A stretch of DNA of 29,109 nucleotides, from IMG/VR virus record IMGVR_UViG_3300020042_005458, positions 1 to 29,109 of that record, one strand, 5' to 3'. Source of the stretch: a virus. Taxonomy: Duplodnaviria > Caudoviricetes. The number at the start of each line of letters is the position of its first letter. Within the stretch, counting starts at the first letter, position 1. This document shows positions 1-8,757 of this stretch, one piece after another. The translations under genes were made by a program, and so were the position numbers. The notes below the pieces were generated by a model. It did no database searches. It was given only the letters and a program-made list of their open reading frames with translations, and was not told the origin of the DNA.

Positions 1-1
1 A

Positions 2-138
2 TTTAACAATACGCGGGCCGAGGTTATCCATCTTGATTACCGCGTTATCTATGTGTCTTGCGAGTAGCGGGTTGCCGTCATGGATGAGTCGTTTCTCTTG
101 CACAGCGTCATAAAACTTTGCACAAGCTGTTACCATTC
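2..138 (-). repeat. 137-bp inverted copy of terL 286..422 (probable fold-back chimera at contig end)
   Basis: The reverse complement of 2..138 matches 286..422 with two mismatches (cacAtag vs cacTtag; gcGgta vs gcTgta). Confidence 0.9.
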
Positions 139-539
139 TGGATGCTGAGAACGCTATCCGCGACTTCTGTGCCCGTTACAAAGTGCGTGAAATAGACTGT
201 GACCCGTTCCGTTGGCAACGCTCTATGGAAGTGTTAGCGGACGAAGGGTTACCGATTGTTGAATACCCGTCCACATCAGCGCGCCGAATGGTAACAGCTT
301 GTGCAAAGTTTTATGACGCTGTGCAAGAGAAACGACTCATCCATGACGGCAACCCGCTACTCGCAAGACACTTAGATAACGCTGTAATCAAGATGGATAA
401 CCTCGGCCCGCGTATTGTTAAAGAGAACAGAAATTCCAATCGAAGGATTGACGCTGCGGTTGCTGCGGTTATCGCATTTGACCGAGCAGTGAGTAGTAGA
501 ATGGAAGAGCAGATTATCCCAGAGTTTTTCTCTTTTTAG
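135..539 (+). CDS. terL: Terminase large subunit, C-terminal nuclease fragment (5' truncated)
   Basis: Frame is open from about 135 (ILDAENAIRDFC..). Motifs DPFR, HDGNPLLARHLDNA and RIDAAVAAVIA are typical of HK97-type TerL. Lies upstream of portal. Confidence 0.93.
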   Translation: MLDAENAIRDFCARYKVREIDCDPFRWQRSMEVLADEGLPIVEYPSTSARRMVTACAKFYDAVQEKRLIHDGNPLLARHLDNAVIKMDNLGPRIVKENRNSNRRIDAAVAAVIAFDRAVSSRMEEQIIPEFFSF

Positions 540-548
540 GCGGTCAAG

Positions 549-686
549 ATGGTAGCTACGATTCTCCAAATTGTCGGTGTCACAGTTATTGCTGTTGGTG
601 CTGGCCTTATTTACCCACCATTAGGTGTTGTATTGGCTGGGGTTAGTTTAGTAATTTTTGGTTTGGCTATGGAGAGAAGTAAGTAA
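549..686 (+). CDS. Small two-TM membrane protein (45 aa)
   Basis: Read manually: MVATILQIVGVTVIAVGAGLIYPPLGVVLAGVSLVIFGLAMERSK. Its stop overlaps the portal ATG (TAATG). Confidence 0.75.
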   Translation: MVATILQIVGVTVIAVGAGLIYPPLGVVLAGVSLVIFGLAMERSK

Positions 687-2041
687 TGCTTGGTCGTTTA
701 AGTAATGGTAGCGAAGAACAACGTGTGCTTTCTTTTCAAGCCATTTGGGGTTCGGGTGATTCGTTAGGTAACACTAGCGAAGCTGGCGTAACAATAAACG
801 CTGACACTTCGTTTAACAATGTTGCGTTCTTCGCTGCAGTAAATCTAATCTCTGGAAGCATCTCTACCCTGCCTGTAGATTGTTTTGTGCGCCGTAACGG
901 TAGCCGTGTTCCTGTCAGACCTAAACCTGCTTGGGTAGACCGCCCAGACCTTGACTTGGTTACAGGTCAGGCTCACTGGCAACAAGTTTTGGTTTCGTTG
1001 CTGGTTTACGGTAACGCTTATGTTCGTGTGTTTCGTGACAAGAAAACTTTAGATGTTGTAAATCTGGTTGCTCTTGACCCAAACATTGTGACTGTTAGCC
1101 GTGGCCCTGATGGTCGCAAAATTTACACTTACTCTGGTGAACCTGACAAGGCTTTAACTTCTGACGATGTGTTGCACATTGTAGATGTTATGTTGCCTGG
1201 TGCTCTAAAAGGTAAGGGTCGCATTGATGCTCTTGCTGACAGTATCGGTTTGGGTATTGCGTTGCAGTCGTTCGCAGCTCGTTTCTTTGGTGGTGGCACA
1301 CAGACCGCAGGTATCATTGAGTTCCCTGGCAACCTACAAAAGGAACAGGCGAAAGCGTTGGTTGAAGGTTTTGATTCAGCTCACCGCGGTTTCCGTAAAG
1401 CACACCGCACAGGTATTCTTTCTGGTGGGGCAAAATGGGTTCGTACCACTACTGAGAACAACGCTAACCAGTTCTTAGAGTCTCGTGAGTTCTCTGTGTT
1501 GGATGTTGCTCGTGCGTTCCAAATCCCGCCACATATGTTGGGTGTTACGACTGGTTCTCAGGCTCGTGCATCTGTTGAGCAGTTGGCGATTGACTTTGTG
1601 ACTAACGGTCTGCGTCCACACATTGAAAAACTTGAACGTGCTTACTCAACCCTGTTACCAAATCAGGAGTTTATCAAGTTCAACATTGATGGTTTGATTC
1701 GTGCAGACTTCTCAACCCGTATGCAGGGTTACAGCATCGCCATTCAGGGTGGTTGGTTAAACATTAACGACATTCACCGTTTAGAGGACTTGCCACCTGT
1801 TGAGGGTGGAGATGTTTACCGTGTGCCTTTGGCTAACGTAGATTTGGCTGCAGCAGATTTGGTTGCACAAGAAAAGCAGACTGCTATGGCTACTAAACTT
1901 ATTCAGGTTGGTTTTGACCCTGCCGAAGTGTTAGCGGCGTTTGACTTGCCTGCTATGACTCACACGGGTATTCCGAACGTGCAGCTACAGCCGTTACAAA
2001 ACCTTGACCCTAATGACCCTCTTGGGGCTTACGAGGCATAA
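686..2041 (+). CDS. Portal protein, HK97 family
   Basis: Motifs LLVYGNAYV, QFLESREFSVLDVARAFQIPPHMLG, GWLNINDIHRLEDLPPVEGGD; position after terL. Confidence 0.96.
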   Translation: MLGRLSNGSEEQRVLSFQAIWGSGDSLGNTSEAGVTINADTSFNNVAFFAAVNLISGSISTLPVDCFVRRNGSRVPVRPKPAWVDRPDLDLVTGQAHWQQVLVSLLVYGNAYVRVFRDKKTLDVVNLVALDPNIVTVSRGPDGRKIYTYSGEPDKALTSDDVLHIVDVMLPGALKGKGRIDALADSIGLGIALQSFAARFFGGGTQTAGIIEFPGNLQKEQAKALVEGFDSAHRGFRKAHRTGILSGGAKWVRTTTENNANQFLESREFSVLDVARAFQIPPHMLGVTTGSQARASVEQLAIDFVTNGLRPHIEKLERAYSTLLPNQEFIKFNIDGLIRADFSTRMQGYSIAIQGGWLNINDIHRLEDLPPVEGGDVYRVPLANVDLAAADLVAQEKQTAMATKLIQVGFDPAEVLAAFDLPAMTHTGIPNVQLQPLQNLDPNDPLGAYEA

Positions 2042-2316
2042 TGCCAATAACAACAACGCAGTTTACTCTTCTAGCAGGGGTTCGTCAGCAAATTGTGAGC
2101 CCTAGTTCTCAAAGCCAACACGTTTGTATTCACAACCACGAACACTCACAAAACAAAGAAGCTTTTATAGGTAATTCTTCAGTAACTGCAACCACAGGCA
2201 TACACGCCGTAGCTACTCAAACATCAATGATTACGATAGGCCCTGGAGATGACTTGTGGGCTATCACAGATGATGCGAGCGTTGTTATCCATATTTTAGT
2301 GATAGGTCAAGACTAA
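2041..2316 (+). CDS. Hypothetical beta-rich protein, possibly a virion head accessory protein
   Basis: Coupled by single-base overlaps to both portal and the next gene; alternating hydrophobic, beta-strand-like pattern. Confidence 0.65.
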   Translation: MPITTTQFTLLAGVRQQIVSPSSQSQHVCIHNHEHSQNKEAFIGNSSVTATTGIHAVATQTSMITIGPGDDLWAITDDASVVIHILVIGQD

Positions 2317-3392
2317 TGCCTTACTACATTACTGATGAAGGTCAAGACTGTTCTGGTGGGGATGCTGGGCAAACTTGGGTGAATAGTTTGAGTTCTAGGG
2401 CTGATAACAAAATCCAATTATCGGAGACTAGAATAGATAGTGGTAATTCTAATGATGAGGTTGTTGTGAATACAGACATTAATAAGACTGAGAACCGTTG
2501 GTTGTCTGTCGCTAACGGCTTGATTAGTCGCTTATCCCCTATCCACGAAGCTCCTGTGAGCGAGGAACGTGGTAAGAAGATGGAAACTCGTATCAATCAC
2601 TCTGAGGTTGAGTTCCGTGAGGTTGAAGATGGTAAGGGTATGACTTTTGAAGGTTACGCATCTGTGTTCAACAGCCCTAGCGAACCTATTGGCGGACAGT
2701 TCACTGAGTATGTAAAGCCTGGTGCGTTTAAGCGTAGCCTTGATGCTCGCAACGATGTGAAGTTATTGTGGAATCACGACACTGGTGAAGTTTTGGGTTC
2801 AACCCGCGCAGGCACTCTACGTTTGGTTGAAGACTCACACGGCCTAAAGGCTGTTGCTGAATTGCCTAACACTCAGCGTGGTCGTGACACTGCTGAACTG
2901 TTACGCCGCGGGGACATTGCAAACATGAGTTTTGGTTTTAGTGTTCCAAAGGGCGGAGACTCTTGGAGCGACAATGGTGGCACTCGTGAGCTGCACTCGG
3001 TACGCTTGCACGAGGTAAGCATTGTTGCCTACCCCGCCTACCTTTCTAGCACTGCTTCGGTTCGTGCTGTAGAGTTCAGTGCAGACGACTTGGCTGAAAG
3101 CCTAATGCTTTTGGAGAATGGTGAAGATTTGTCAGAAGAGCAAGCACAAATGATTATGGATGTTGTTGGCAAACTTGTAAAGACGGACAACATGGATGTT
3201 TCTACTGACCCTGCAGAACCTTTGGCTATGATTCCTTTGTCTGATGGTTTGGATATGCCTGAATCGGAAGATTACATGGAATCTGAAGATGAATCTGGTA
3301 CTAAGATTTGTGTTGAAGTAGAAGTAGAACTAAACAGTTCTAATTTGGATGTCAAGAAAAAGAATCTTGACCTATTGATGAAGAGGTTGTAA
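2316..3392 (+). CDS. HK97-family prohead maturation protease with N-terminal extension and acidic C-terminal tail (alternative starts GTG 2466 or ATG 2580)
   Basis: Motifs FEGYASVFN, LLWNHD, MSFGF and LHEVSIVAYPAY. GAGG at 2457-2460 precedes GTG 2466. Confidence 0.92.
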   Translation: MPYYITDEGQDCSGGDAGQTWVNSLSSRADNKIQLSETRIDSGNSNDEVVVNTDINKTENRWLSVANGLISRLSPIHEAPVSEERGKKMETRINHSEVEFREVEDGKGMTFEGYASVFNSPSEPIGGQFTEYVKPGAFKRSLDARNDVKLLWNHDTGEVLGSTRAGTLRLVEDSHGLKAVAELPNTQRGRDTAELLRRGDIANMSFGFSVPKGGDSWSDNGGTRELHSVRLHEVSIVAYPAYLSSTASVRAVEFSADDLAESLMLLENGEDLSEEQAQMIMDVVGKLVKTDNMDVSTDPAEPLAMIPLSDGLDMPESEDYMESEDESGTKICVEVEVELNSSNLDVKKKNLDLLMKRL

Positions 3393-3393
3393 C

Positions 3394-3561
3394 ATGGCTA
3401 CTAAGAACGAAATTGAAGCAGCAGTAAAGATTGTTGGCGATTTTGCAGGAAACCCTGAAAGTGGTATTATTGCAGAGCTGCTTAGAAACTTGAAGAAGTC
3501 TTCTGAAGTTTCGGTTGATGCTGTTGAAAAGCGTGTCACCGATATCAAGGAAACTCGTTAG
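3394..3561 (+). CDS. Small hypothetical protein (55 aa) between protease and capsid
   Basis: Read manually: MATKNEIEAAVKIVGDFAGNPESGIIAELL..KETR. Starts 1 nt after the protease stop, with GAGG upstream. Confidence 0.7.
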   Translation: MATKNEIEAAVKIVGDFAGNPESGIIAELLRNLKKSSEVSVDAVEKRVTDIKETR

Positions 3562-3588
3562 TTTTTTCCCTTCTTCTAACGAGATGTG

Positions 3589-3638
3589 CCCCGTCAGGCT
3601 TTTCCCCCATTTTCCCTGACGGGGTTTTCCCTTTTTTT
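3589..3638 (+). terminator. Rho-independent terminator-like hairpin
   Basis: CCCCGTCAGG (3589-98) pairs with CCTGACGGGG (3615-24), followed by T-rich runs. Confidence 0.7.
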
Positions 3639-3643
3639 GGGGG

Positions 3644-3714
3644 TAGAATTGTTTGTATTGGTTGAGTGTCAGCACCACCATAGTCTGTTCAGTGTTAGCA
3701 CGAATAGATGACTA
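3644..3714 (+). promoter_or_regulatory. Capsid promoter -10 (TAGAAT) and structured 5' leader with twin hairpins
   Basis: TAGAAT at 3644-49. AGTGTCAGCAC (3665-75) and AGTGTTAGCAC (3691-3701) each cap a stem. Confidence 0.55.
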
Positions 3715-3744
3715 ATTTATTCGCTATTTATGAAAGGACATATT

Positions 3745-4932
3745 ATGTCTGAGATTCTAAAGTCAGCGGTTGAAGAGCGTCAGAAGCTATGGCACGAAGC
3801 AAAGGCCGTCATTGACGGTGCTGAAGCTGAGGGTCGTTCGCTTTCAGGTGAGGAAGAGTCAAAGTACCAGACCCTTTCTGCTGAGCTCGACAAGCGTGCA
3901 GCATTTATTGAAGAGTACAAAAAGACTGCAGAGCGTGAAGCTCGTGCAGCAGAGGCCGCTGAAGGCTTCCTAGCACCTGTAACCCAGGCTGCTGCGAAGA
4001 GCGATGCAGACCACATCCGTGCTCTAGCCCGTGGAGAAGTTCGCTCGTTTGAGTTCGGTAACGAACAGCGTGCCATGTCTCCATCAACTACTGGTGCTCC
4101 AATCCCAACCAGTTTCTACAACCAGATTATCGAAATTGCTAAGTTCGCAGGCCCAATGCTTACGACCTCAACAATGCTTCGTACTGCAAGTGGAGAAAAC
4201 CTACAGATTCCATCACAGGCAACCTACTCAGCAGGAACTATTGCTGCTGCTGGTTCTGTTCTTGGAACAAGCGAACCAACCTTCAACGCATTCACCACTC
4301 TTGGTGCATGGAAGTATGGTGGACTAATCACTGTAGCTCGCGAACTAATCGAGGACAGCGGAGTAGACCTAATCGGTTTCCTTTCTGACCAAATTGGTGT
4401 TGGCCTCGGTTCTTCGGTAAACGCAGGTCTAACCCTCGGTACTGGAACTACTCAGCCAAACGGTATCGTAAACGGTGCTGGTTCGGCTACCACTGGTGGT
4501 ACTGGTGTTTCTGGTGCTTTCACTGCAGACAACCTAATTGACCTTGTATACAGCCTAAACACTGTTGCTCGCAAGCGTCCAGGTGCTGGTTTCCAGATGA
4601 ACGCTCAGGGTATCGCTAACGCTCGTAAGCTAAAAGACACTGCTGGAAACTACGTTTTCAGCCCAGCTCTTTCGGCTGACAAGAACGACCTACTTCTTGG
4701 TTACTCAATCTATGAGAACCCAGACATGGTCTCGCCTGCTACTGGTGCAAAGTCGGTTATCTTCGGTGACCTCGGTTCGTACTATGTTCGTGAAGTTGGT
4801 GGAATCCGCCTAGACCGTTCAGACGACTATGCTTTCGCTAACGACCAGGTAACCTTCCGTTACACCTGGCGTGGAGACGGTGCACTTGTGCAGTCGTCAC
4901 ACGTTAAGTACTTCAAGGGTGGCGCAAGCTAA
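3745..4932 (+). CDS. Major capsid protein, HK97 fold, with N-terminal coiled-coil delta domain
   Basis: GAAAGGA RBS at 3732-38. Helical N-terminus; motifs GTGTTQPNGI, LKDTAGNYVF, LLGYSI, VIFGDL, DQVTFR; codon usage suggests high expression. Confidence 0.96.
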   Translation: MSEILKSAVEERQKLWHEAKAVIDGAEAEGRSLSGEEESKYQTLSAELDKRAAFIEEYKKTAEREARAAEAAEGFLAPVTQAAAKSDADHIRALARGEVRSFEFGNEQRAMSPSTTGAPIPTSFYNQIIEIAKFAGPMLTTSTMLRTASGENLQIPSQATYSAGTIAAAGSVLGTSEPTFNAFTTLGAWKYGGLITVARELIEDSGVDLIGFLSDQIGVGLGSSVNAGLTLGTGTTQPNGIVNGAGSATTGGTGVSGAFTADNLIDLVYSLNTVARKRPGAGFQMNAQGIANARKLKDTAGNYVFSPALSADKNDLLLGYSIYENPDMVSPATGAKSVIFGDLGSYYVREVGGIRLDRSDDYAFANDQVTFRYTWRGDGALVQSSHVKYFKGGAS

Positions 4933-4950
4933 ATCCCCTGAACTATCTGT

Positions 4951-4990
4951 AGACCCCCTGAGTTGCGTAGGACTTGGGGGGTTTACTTTT
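4951..4990 (+). terminator. Terminator after capsid gene
   Basis: CCCCCTGAGTT-gcgtag-GACTTGGGGGG stem followed by TTTACTTTT. Confidence 0.75.
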
Positions 4991-5039
4991 ACCTAATTTT
5001 TGTGTAATGTGTTTTATATACAAAAGAAAGGTTACACAA

Positions 5040-6212
5040 ATGGGTAAAGGCACAATTTCTTGGTTTAGTAACTCTCCTGATGCGCCTACGGGTTATGGGA
5101 TGCAAACTCAGCAAGTTGTCAAAAGGCTGCTGAAAGACAAATATGATGTAGCTATTCTTAGCAACTATGGTCATGAGGGTGTAATTAGTTCTTGGAATGA
5201 TGGGGCAGGCCATGAGGCGCGAGTGTATCCTCGTGGTGCGGAAACTTATTCGCAAGACATTACTCCTCTAAACCACACTCATTGGGCTTCAGAACATCCT
5301 AAACAACCAGACTTGTTAGTTACTCTTTATGATGTTTGGATTATGCGTGGGGTCAAGTATGACGAAATCAATATTGCTTCGTGGACTCCTGTAGACCATC
5401 ACCCGATGCCACCTAAAGTTGGTGAGTGGTTGGCTAAACCTAATGTGACCCCGTTGGCTATGTCTAAGTTTGGGCAACAGCAGATGGCTAATAATGACAT
5501 TGAGGCTTTTTATGTTCCTCATGCTGTTGAGAAAGTTTTTCAGCCGACATCTAACATTGGTGATTATGAGAACCGTGAGTATTTGGGTATCAAGAAGGAT
5601 GCGTTTCTGGTCGGTATGAACGCAGCTAACAAAGCTAGTGGGATGGTGCACCGTAAAGCGTTTGCAGAAAACTTGATGGCGTTTAGCATTTTTGCTCAGG
5701 AACATCCCGATGCGATGCTTTACATTCACTCAGAAATGTTTGGTGTATTTTCTGGTTGGAATTTGTCTGACTTAATGATTGCTTGTGGTTTGACTCCAGA
5801 CCAGGTTGTGTTGGCTGACCAGATTGCTTACCGTTATGGTATTCCGCAAGTTGATTTGGCTGGCATTTATTCTGCGTTTGATGTGTTTTTGGGTACGTCT
5901 TATGGTGAGGGTTTTGGTGTGGGTACGATTGAGGCACAAGCCTGTGGTGTGCCTGTGATTGTTTCTAACTTTGCTGCAAGCCCTGAGCTTGTTGGTGATG
6001 GTTGGCTTGTAGAGGGGCAACCGTTGTGGGATAACGCTCAAAAGGCTTGGTTTAACATTCCGTCTATCCCTGGCATTGTAGATGCTTTAAATAAGGCGTA
6101 TAAGGCCGATAGAGGCATTTCTACAAAGGCTTTAGGGTTTGCTAAACAGTTTGATGCTGACTTCGTGTATAAGACGCATTGGAAACCTGTTTTAGCAAAG
6201 TTACTTAAGTGA
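5040..6212 (+). CDS. Glycosyltransferase, GT-B fold (GT4-like)
   Basis: N-terminal PTGYG and the EX7E motif EGFGVGTIEAQACGVPVI. GAAAGG RBS before ATG 5040. Confidence 0.92.
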   Translation: MGKGTISWFSNSPDAPTGYGMQTQQVVKRLLKDKYDVAILSNYGHEGVISSWNDGAGHEARVYPRGAETYSQDITPLNHTHWASEHPKQPDLLVTLYDVWIMRGVKYDEINIASWTPVDHHPMPPKVGEWLAKPNVTPLAMSKFGQQQMANNDIEAFYVPHAVEKVFQPTSNIGDYENREYLGIKKDAFLVGMNAANKASGMVHRKAFAENLMAFSIFAQEHPDAMLYIHSEMFGVFSGWNLSDLMIACGLTPDQVVLADQIAYRYGIPQVDLAGIYSAFDVFLGTSYGEGFGVGTIEAQACGVPVIVSNFAASPELVGDGWLVEGQPLWDNAQKAWFNIPSIPGIVDALNKAYKADRGISTKALGFAKQFDADFVYKTHWKPVLAKLLK

Positions 6213-6844
6213 TTCCTGTTGTTGGGTTCGCAACAGTTTCACGCTTTGACCTTGCTGATAGGTTGCTTGCTTCTATTGATTACCCTGTGGAGCATTTGGT
6301 TATTGTGGACAATAGCGGAAAAGCCTCGTGGAATCCAGTTAAGCCTGATTTTTGCGTCAATATGTGGGTTATGCGTGTTCCATTTGGTTTGGGGCTTGTG
6401 GGAGCTTGGAATCTGGTTGTAAAGTCTACGCCTTATGCGCCTTATTGGGTTCTTATAAACGATGATGCTTGGTTTGAGCCTGGTTCGTTAGCTCGCATAG
6501 AGGCTGAGGTGGATACTGAGGCACTAAACTTTATTGGCATTACGCCCGAATGGTCTGCGCCTGTGTTTGGTGAAGGTATGGTTAGGAAGGTTGGCTTATA
6601 TGATGAAAGATTTTATCCGCTATATTTTGATGATAACGATTTGGAGCGTAGGGTCATATCTGCTGATGTTCCTATTAAGCGTCATAACATACCTATCGGT
6701 CATGATAATAGTTCGTCCTTAGACCCTGTAAAAAATGTAAAAAGTTTTCAGGCTAACAGTTTGTTGCATCAGGCTAAGTTAGCTGCAGATGATAATAGTT
6801 GGAGTTGGGATTTAGATGTGAGGAGAGCTAACCGATGGGATTAG
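6209..6844 (+). CDS. Glycosyltransferase, GT-A fold (GT2-like)
   Basis: Motifs LVIVDNS, LINDDA (DxD-like) and VGLYDERFYPLYFDDND. Confidence 0.88.
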   Translation: MIPVVGFATVSRFDLADRLLASIDYPVEHLVIVDNSGKASWNPVKPDFCVNMWVMRVPFGLGLVGAWNLVVKSTPYAPYWVLINDDAWFEPGSLARIEAEVDTEALNFIGITPEWSAPVFGEGMVRKVGLYDERFYPLYFDDNDLERRVISADVPIKRHNIPIGHDNSSSLDPVKNVKSFQANSLLHQAKLAADDNSWSWDLDVRRANRWD

Positions 6845-7260
6845 TTGTTTATACAGGTGGCACATTTGATTTGCTACATTCTGGTCATGTTGCTTTTCTA
6901 AAAAGGTGTGCCGAGTTTGGTTCTGTTGTTGTTGCTTTGAACACTGATGAGTTTATTGAAACCTATAAAGGTAAAGCCCCTGTAATGTCTTACAAGGAAC
7001 GTGAGTCTGTGTTGTTGGCGTTGCGTTGCGTTGATGCTGTTGTGCCTAACTTTGGTGGAGTGGATAGTAAACCTTCGATTGAGTTTGTTACCCCTGATTT
7101 GGTTGTTATTGGTTCTGATTGGGCTAGAAAAGATTATTACAAACAAATGGGTTTTGACCAGGATTGGTTAGATGACCGTGCGATAGGGTTGTGTTATATT
7201 CCTTATACCAAAGGCATCAGTTCTACTGAGATAAAGAAGCGTCTTTCGGTAGTAAAATAG
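6835..7260 (+). CDS. Cytidylyltransferase-family nucleotidyltransferase (TagD/glycerol-3-phosphate cytidylyltransferase-like)
   Basis: GGTFDLLHSGH (HxGH), ER..L.ALRCVD, GSDW and C-terminal YTKGISST. Confidence 0.9.
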   Translation: MGLVVYTGGTFDLLHSGHVAFLKRCAEFGSVVVALNTDEFIETYKGKAPVMSYKERESVLLALRCVDAVVPNFGGVDSKPSIEFVTPDLVVIGSDWARKDYYKQMGFDQDWLDDRAIGLCYIPYTKGISSTEIKKRLSVVK

Positions 7261-7286
7261 AATAAGGTTTATTGAAAGGCCGTATA

Positions 7287-7913
7287 GTGGCGATTGTAAA
7301 TGGTTATGCAACTCTGGCTCAGGTCAAAGCTGCTCTTCGTATCACCGACAGCATTGATGACACTTTAATTGAGTTAGCTGTCGAGTCTGCTTCCCGCGAC
7401 ATTGACGCTTACTGTGCCCGTGTTTTTTATAGCGTTGGTTCAAGCACTCGTTATTTTGCGGCCACGGACGAATATTTTTGCCCTATTGATGATGCTCAAA
7501 GCATTTCTGCGGTAGCAACTTCGTCCACATCTAACGGTGTGTATGAAACTATTTGGAATAACCCAACTGCAGGTAACAACGATGGCGACTATCAGGTTGA
7601 GCCTGTAAACTCTGCTTACCCTATTGATGGCATTGTGATGCCTATTTCTGGTTTGCGGGCTTTGTGGAACTACTTGTTTCCTATTGCTGGTGGTGCAGCT
7701 TTGGTGAAGGTTACTGGTGTTTGGGGTTTCTCGGCTGTTCCTACGGCTATTAAACAGGCTTGTGTGATTCAGGCTGCCCGCATTTTCAAACGTAACGATT
7801 CTCCGCTTGGTGTTGCAGGTTTTGGTGACATGGGTGCTGTCAGAGTGTCTCGTGTAGACCCTGATGTGGCTCGTATGCTTGAACCTTACCGCCGTGTCAA
7901 TGGGTTTATGTAA
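7287..7913 (+). CDS. Head-to-tail adaptor/connector protein
   Basis: YATLAQVKAALRI..DD..IE..ASR.ID N-terminus and VPTAIKQAC..PDVARMLEPYRR C-terminus. GAAAGG before GTG 7287. Confidence 0.85.
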   Translation: MAIVNGYATLAQVKAALRITDSIDDTLIELAVESASRDIDAYCARVFYSVGSSTRYFAATDEYFCPIDDAQSISAVATSSTSNGVYETIWNNPTAGNNDGDYQVEPVNSAYPIDGIVMPISGLRALWNYLFPIAGGAALVKVTGVWGFSAVPTAIKQACVIQAARIFKRNDSPLGVAGFGDMGAVRVSRVDPDVARMLEPYRRVNGFM

Positions 7914-8320
7914 TGGCAACCATTTCGCAGTTGCGCACTGCTCTTGCAACTAATTTGTCTACCATTCCTGGGTTGCGCACGTCTGCGTATGTTCCTGACG
8001 ACCCGAACCCGCCTGTAGCCATTATTGAGCCGTCTACGATTGACTTTGACACCACTTTTGGTCGTGGCTTAGACACGCTTTTGTTTAATGTAAATGTTTT
8101 GGTGGGTCGTGTTTCTGACCGCACCGCACAAGCCTCTCTTGATGCTTACTGCAGTAGTCAAGGCACTTACAGTGTGAAAACTGCGGTAGAATCAGATAGG
8201 ACACTCGGTGGTTACGCAAGTGATTGCCGTGTGACTAGGCTTAGCTCATACGGGCAGGTCACTGTTGGAGATACAATCTACCTTGCGGCTGAGTTTGCCG
8301 TTCAGGTATACGCAAACTAG
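7913..8320 (+). CDS. Tail terminator / tail completion protein
   Basis: Size, position just before the major tail gene, and PD..NPP and E.D.TLGG motifs. Confidence 0.7.
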   Translation: MATISQLRTALATNLSTIPGLRTSAYVPDDPNPPVAIIEPSTIDFDTTFGRGLDTLLFNVNVLVGRVSDRTAQASLDAYCSSQGTYSVKTAVESDRTLGGYASDCRVTRLSSYGQVTVGDTIYLAAEFAVQVYAN

Positions 8321-8329
8321 GAGAATATT

Positions 8330-8737
8330 ATGGCAAAATTTGTCGCAACTGACTTCAAGATTATGCTGAATGGTACGGCTCTTTCGCCGTCTATCAACTC
8401 GGTTACTCTTGACGTAACATCAAACGAAGTAGAAACCACTACTTTCGGAAGCACTTTCAAAACTGTTGTTGGTGGAATCATTTCTGGTTCAGCTAAGCTG
8501 GACTTTTACCAGGACTTTGCTGCAGCGTCAGTAGACGCTCAGATTTGGCCGCTTCTTAACACTATCGGTACGCTGGTAATTACTCCAACGTCTGCTACTG
8601 TTTCAGCAACAAACCCGTCTTACACTACTACTGTTCTGATTAACAACTACCAGCCAATCAACGCTTCTATCGGAGACCTTGCAGGTTTCTCGGTAACTTG
8701 GCCGACTACTGGTACTGTTACTCGTGCAACTGCATAA
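8330..8737 (+). CDS. Major tail tube protein
   Basis: GGAG RBS; Thr-rich beta protein with ETTTFG and GDLA..SVTWP; precedes the chaperone. Confidence 0.85.
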   Translation: MAKFVATDFKIMLNGTALSPSINSVTLDVTSNEVETTTFGSTFKTVVGGIISGSAKLDFYQDFAAASVDAQIWPLLNTIGTLVITPTSATVSATNPSYTTTVLINNYQPINASIGDLAGFSVTWPTTGTVTRATA

Positions 8738-8757
8738 CTAAACTAAGGAAAATATAA

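Noticed and set aside
2-422. Terminal inverted repeat, invertible segment or DGR template/variable repeat pair
   Set aside because: It copies internal terL coding sequence at a contig edge. No recombinase or reverse transcriptase is present, and there are only two mismatches.
3352-3681. 109-aa minus-strand ORF between protease and capsid
   Set aside because: It overlaps a better plus-strand ORF (3394..3561), a terminator and the capsid leader.
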